Of a stretch of 64,000 nt of DNA, positions 58,150-64,000 are shown in pieces (position 1 is the first letter of the stretch; each line of letters opens with the position of its first letter). Below the pieces are notes generated by a model. It was not told the origin of the DNA. It saw only the letters and a program-made list of their open reading frames with translations, and did not search any database. Source of the DNA: the human T2T-CHM13v2.0 reference genome, Homo sapiens; assembly GCF_009914755.1 (NCBI RefSeq), contig NC_060947.1; one strand, 5' to 3'. A program made the position numbers and the translations under genes.

Positions 58150-58340
58150 TTTATATTTAATAATCACATTATTTTTTAGTTGACAAATAGTAATTGTATA
58201 TATTTACTGTGTACAACATGCTGTTTTGAAACATGTATACATTGTGGAATGACTAAATCAAATTAATTAACTTCTATGTTACCTCATATACCATTTTTGT
58301 GGTGAGAACACATAAAATCTACTGTCTAAGCAATTTATAA
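58150..58340 (-). mobile_element. L1MA 3' end fragment
   Basis: gtacaacatgctgttttgaaacatgtatacattgtggaatg...gtggtgagaaca. Confidence 0.75.
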
Positions 58341-58884
58341 GATGGCTGTGCTCCTTTACTAGAGAAACAAACTAACTGTATTTCTGATTCCTGATAACAC
58401 TTTCCACAACTGAGCACAAGTGATTTAAGCATTATTTATATTAAGCTCTTCATCAGCACAGACATTTAAAAGGTTTTTGAAGCGATTGATCATCCTGAAG
58501 TGGCTTAGGAAATGTTTTTTTAACCTGTCAATCTGAATCCTAAGTTGATGCATGCAAAAACATTACCTTTTCAATAAACTTATTTTCTTCGTTGGGGACC
58601 TGTTATGGAAAAGCAATTCCACTGCAGAAATTAATTAGCTGACAGAGAAATCTTCCCATACAAATGAATGCATATTGATTCTTATAAAGGGCCCTTAAAG
58701 TTGAAGTACCTAAACATTTTCAGTTCCTTGCTTTACTAAGTACTCTCTTCCCCCTTTATATAAGCCACATATAGCAATATGGAAACATTTATAAAATATT
58801 AGACTTTGTCTTCCCAAGAAGATATATTTCCTGCATATGGAAAAGGGAATTACCAAGATTCATCCGAATGTTCAGTATCATAGA

Positions 58885-59370
58885 ATAACAGCATAATGTG
58901 ATAGAAAGAACACTGAACTAGCATTCAGGCAACCTACATCTAGTCCTACTTCTGCCAGTGGTAAGCGACCTTAGAGCAAGTTATTTAATATTCTATGCCA
59001 GTTTTCATATTAGTAAAAGAAGGCAGTCAGACTACTTGATTTAGTAATTCCCTTCTGACTCACGTCCTCTAATTATTTTTTAGTCACCCATGGAGGAGCA
59101 CATTTGTATGTATCTTACACTTATTTCTAGCATTTTTTGTAAATAGGATATTGCTCCTTGTAATCATTTTTATTGAACTGTAATTACTTGGCCAATATCT
59201 GACTTTCCCATTAGCTTCTCAGCTCCATAAGGTCATTGGTATTGTCTAACCAGTATAATTTGATGCTATGAGTATAGTATCAAATACAGGTAACATAGTG
59301 AAATAAACACATAGCAAATATATACTTAAATACTAAACACATAGTACATACGTACTATATATATTAAAAT
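58885..59370 (+). mobile_element. MIR3 (about 58885-59070) and an L2 3' fragment
   Basis: gaaagaacactgaactag...ctagtcctacttctgcca...gaccttagagcaagttattta. Confidence 0.55.
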
Positions 59371-59418
59371 GAATTAATGAAATTCGAATGTTGTATTTGC
59401 AAAATAAGGTGTGCTTTT

Positions 59419-59775
59419 TGCTGTGGTCTGAATGTTGATGTCCCCCCAAAATGCATATATTGAAAACTAACACCAAATGTGATAATATTAAGAGGTGGGA
59501 CCTTTGGGAAGCGATTAAGCCGACAGCACTACCTTCATGAATAAAACTAGTGCCCTTATAAAGGAGCTCCAGTGAACTCCTTTTGCTCTTTCACCATGTG
59601 AGGACACACAGAATGTGCCATCTATTAGGAACAGCCCCTAACCAGATGCCAAATATACTGGCTCCTTGATCTTGGACTTCTCAGTCTCCAAAGCTGTGAG
59701 CAATAAATTTACGTTGTTTATAAATTACCTAGCCTAAGGGATTTTGCTATAGCAGCCTGAACAGATTAATGGACG
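59419..59775 (+). mobile_element. MLT1A/MLT1A0 solo LTR
   Basis: tgctgtggtctgaatgt...tagtgcccttataaag...ccatgtgaggacaca...ttgatcttggacttc...tataaattacc. Confidence 0.85.
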
Positions 59776-60097
59776 TCATTTGACTATGTCTTCATTTTTC
59801 TTTCTCCAGCGTTGCCAGATATTGGATTAAGACAGTTGCCTTTTCCACCTGGATACTTAATGTACCATATTATCCTAATTTCACAAGAAGATTTATTTCA
59901 GTTCTTATTCATTTGCAATGCAAGTTGAGTCCCAATACTTGCAAGTTTCAACAGCTTTATGAGTAGGCAATTCCAAGAAAAATAATATTCTGAATAAAAG
60001 GAAATACATGTTAAATGCCGTAAAATTAAAACATAAAGCTAAGCTCACAAGACAGCAGAGTCAAATACTATTAGTTGCCGAAATCACTAACAAAGGA

Positions 60098-61312
60098 CAG
60101 TCTTGCATCTCCAAACAATGGAGATACATCCTGAGAAATTCATTGATTGTTAGGTGATTTCTTCATTGTGTGAACATCATAGAGTATACTTACACAAACA
60201 TAGATGGTATTGCCACTACACACCTAGGAAAGATGGTATAGATTATTGCTTCTAGGCTACAAACCTTTACTGCATGTTACTGTACTGAATACTGTAGGCA
60301 ACCGCAACACAATGATCAGTATTTGTGTATATACAGTTATTCAAACATGGAAAGGGTACAGTAAAAATGTAGTATAAAAGATAAAGAGAAGTTTCACCTA
60401 TATAGGGAACATCCCACGAATGGAGCTTGCAGGACTGGAACTTGCTCTTTGTGAGTCCGTGATCGAGTGATGAATGAATGTGAAGGCCTAGGGCATTACT
60501 GTACATTACAGTAAACTTTATAAACATTGTACACTTGGGCTACAGTAAATTCGTTTTTTAAAATTTTTAACAATAAATTAACAGCATACTGTGACATTTT
60601 TACTTGGTAAGCTTTTTAATTTTTTAAACTTTTTGATTCTTTTGTAATAACACAGCTTAAAACAAACAATTACACAGCTATACAAAAATATTTTCCTTTA
60701 TATCCTTATTCTATAAGCTTTTTTCCTATTTTTAAATGTTTTAATCTTGTATACTTATTTTTAAAACTTTTTTGTTAAAAACCAAGACACAAACACATTA
60801 GCCTAGTCCCGCACAAGGTCAGAATCATTAATGTCACTATCTTCCTCCTCCACGTCTTGTCCACTGGAAGGTCTTCAGGGGCAATGACACACGAAGCTAT
60901 CATTTCCTGTGATAGCTCAATGCCTTCTTCTGGAATACCTTCTGAAGTACCCGCCTGAGGCTGTTTTATGGTCAACCTAAAACAAACAAGTAGAAGGAAT
61001 ACACTTTAAAATGATGATTAAAAGTGTAATATAGTAAACACATAAACCAGTAACAGTCATTTGTTATCATTAAGTATTGCGTATGGTACATAATTGTATG
61101 TGCTATACTTTTGTACAAGTAGCATCAAAGTAAGTTTATTTACGTATTACCACAAACACCTGAATAATGTATTGCACTATGACATTAAGATGGTTATGAC
61201 TTCACCACGTGATGTAAATTTTCCAACTCCATTATAATCTTATGGAACCACCATTGTATTATACATGCAGTCCATCATTGACTGAAACATCATTACATGG
61301 CCAACATGACTG
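60098..61312 (+). mobile_element. Tigger3b (Golem-derived non-autonomous DNA transposon), about 1.2 kb
   Basis: TIRs cagtcttgca.../...catgactg-ta; gtgaacatcatagagt, ctaggctacaaacct, gtgaaggcctagg. Confidence 0.9.
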
Positions 61313-61779
61313 TATTCTAGGTCATTAAGCACGCATTAACATTAGTTAATTTTCCTATTTCTGATTAATCATCTCTATTTATCACCTATAGTTTATTTTT
61401 TAATAAGAAATGTAAGAACTAGGATCACGATAGCACCTGTGGTACGGAATATTCATTTTTAATTGGAAGACTATTTAGAAGACATGATTAAACCATTATT
61501 TTTAATTGTTTATTGTCGTAATTCAAAACTCCCAAGAGTGCCCCTTTGCAGAGTATGGGGAAACTATGGATATCACACATCATTTGTAGCATATCATCTC
61601 AGGAAAATTGGACAGTGATAAAATTTCTAATCAAACTGTGTATTCAAGAACAGAGACCTACATTTTGCGCCTCTTCAAAATACAGAGTATCAATAATTTT
61701 AGTCATATAAAGCCTACTTAACTCTGAAAGTCTACTTTTGGAGTCACACAATTTCTTATATTTGCTTGCACTAACTTTG

Positions 61780-64000
61780 CAAAGGGATCTGATGTCCATA
61801 TTTTCTAATGGTAAATTATGATTTTTAAATGTTTATCTAGATTCAGCTGGAATTTATTTTCGTATAAGGAACAAGGTAGGAAATAGTTGTCCTGACACAA
61901 CTTACTGAATAATAAATGTGCCATCAATCGGAATGATTTAATTTTCAAGTAACAGAGATTCTGATTAAATGAGTCAAATATTAAAGGAGATTATTGACCC
62001 ATGTAATTGGAAGTCCAGGGTTCAGGTGGAATTCAGCATTGGTTCTTCTAGTAGACCCAGTTTCTATTAAGGGAAACTTTGCTATGCCACATACAGTTTT
62101 AGCTTTGTCCTAATGTCAGACTCTGTCTTTGAGGCAAATTAGCTGCAGCAGTTCCAAGCTTCACATCCATATGCCACATCATCAATAAGGACATTAAGAA
62201 GGACAGAGAATACTTCTGAGAGTCACACCTGTAACATTACCCTTGATTACATGCTCTCCTCTTTCGGGAAAATGAGTGACCAGAGGCAGGAACGAACTGG
62301 GTGAATTTTTGGACTTATGGAAATCAGTGTCCACATTTGGAGTTGATAGTGAGGTCAGATACTCTAAAAACACATTGTCTATGTGGAGAAGGAGTGAATG
62401 CCACAGCAAACAATCTGGGTCCTATTAGAAAACTCAAAGGGGGAAAAAGGTAATTGTCCATTATACCATGTTTTGCCCACTGATTAGAAAGGGCGCTTTC
62501 TACCCTGTTCCATTTATTTATTGGTCTGTTCCTTTGGCAATACCTTACTGAATTATTTAATGTTTTGTTATACTTTCATATATAGTAGATCAGCCTTCTC
62601 CGTTAGCCTTTTTTTTTTTTTCTTCAGAATTTGACTTGCTGTTCACACATGTTTTTCCTTTCAGTTGTACTTTAGATTTATTTCCTCAGTATATTTACAA
62701 ACATTTCATTGGGATTTAATTGGGGGTTTTACTGGATTGTTGATTAATTAAAAATAAGTGACATATTTAAAATAATGTGTCTTTTTTGTCTAAGGAGGGA
62801 TGCATATTTTCCTATTTAATTCTTTTTAATATATATCCATAAATGGCTTTAAACTTTTCTTTGAACTGGTCCTGCACATTTTCTGCTAAGTGTCTTCCTA
62901 ATATTTTGTTTTTATTTTGATTTCTTTCATTATAAATTTAACTGACAGTTGTATTATATAAATGGATAGTTATCTGAACCTTTCTATTGTTTCTAATAGT
63001 ATTTGTAGTTGGTTTTTGGATTTCTCCATACAATCGTAGCATCTGAATAAAATGATAATTGGGCTTTTCCCTTTTTCCCAATATTTTCATATCATATTTT
63101 ATTTTTTATCTGGTTAACTTGGCTAATGCTTGTAGAATTAAATTTTAAAAGGAGTATTTTACTTTTGAAAACTAGAATGATTTTCTAAATACAAGTCAAG
63201 AGCAGCTTTCCATCTACTTAATGAAGAACCTTCTTTCACAGAGTGTTTATATATATTCTATTTTTCATCATTCTGTGAAATACGTTATCACTGCAATGTA
63301 TTGTAAATTTAAAGCACTTTTGAGTGTAATGGATTTCAAACTTCAGGTGCATCAAAATTACTTCGAGACTTATTAAAATTAACATGCTTGCTTCTAGTCC
63401 CAGGGGTTCTAATCAGTAGACATGGACAATTTTAAATAAAGGCAATGTATCAAGCAGCTTTTTATGCTTCCTTACTTTAATTCAAATGCTTTTGTTATTT
63501 TACTCTAAAATATTATGTAGCTCTTATTTATATAAACAGGTATAGACTGTAAAGTCAAAGGAATTGTTTTATTAATATTAATATATAAAATTGTCTATAA
63601 ATTATATTTGTGTATCATCCTTGTCAGATTCTGGCATCAGTGTACTGGCTTTATTTTAAAGAATAGAAAGATTTTCTTCTTTTTAATAGCAAGGAACACG
63701 TTCTAAGCATCAGAAGTAACTTTTTCCTGAAGTTTTTAACAATTCTTTGTTAGCCATCTGGTCTTTACATGTTTTTGTAGGGTAAAATTTTGACCAATTT
63801 TCTAATTATTTTTATTGTTACTAGTCTATGCACTTGAGTTACTATGAGTTACTTTTGTTATTCATACTTACTTAGACAAAATTTCATTTCATCCACATTT
63901 TTAAATGTATTAGATAGAGTTTTATAATGTATTTCATATATTTATTTCTTTTGTATTTATGGTTGTTTCCTTTTTCTCATGTCTAATATTCTAAATTTGT
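61780..64000 (-). mobile_element. Decayed L1ME ORF2 region with a nested MLT1K-like LTR (about 61945-62450) and a MER5A fragment (about 63328-63425)
   Basis: T-rich antisense ORF2 motifs (catacaatcgtagcatctg, agccatctggtct); gctgcagcagttccaagcttcacatcc; ttcaaacttcaggtgcatcaaaatta. Confidence 0.6.

Overview
AT-rich, repeat-dense primate (very probably human) intronic or intergenic DNA. I find no protein-coding gene: every sizeable ORF is a decayed L1 ORF2 fragment, Alu or simple-repeat translation, or chance. The window holds 11 Alus (J, S and Y types, most with readable TSDs) and many L1 pieces, including a 3.3-kb L1PA5-like copy with a 14-bp TSD and a twin-primed L1PA15/16-like copy with a probable short 3' transduction. 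It also has MaLR/ERV LTRs (a two-LTR MLT1B provirus, MST, MLT1A, MLT2B, MER57, MER74-like), DNA transposons (Tigger3b, MER96, MER63-like, MER5/MER102-like), MIR/L2 relics, microsatellites and a retroposed hY3 (RNY3) pseudogene. The most striking unexplained structure is a set of locally templated inverted insertions. A 175-bp inverted copy of the MLT1B/flank junction sits inside a (TG)n repeat 1.1 kb from its source, and a 131-bp inverted copy of an L1's own G-rich 3'UTR sits 239 bp upstream of its source. Both pairs are about 95% identical and ungapped, and there are also two small snap-back hairpin insertions. A few plus-strand candidate exons and a CpG-retaining bZIP-motif patch are flagged as hypotheses only. 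Subfamily names come from remembered consensus sequences and need Dfam/RepeatMasker confirmation.
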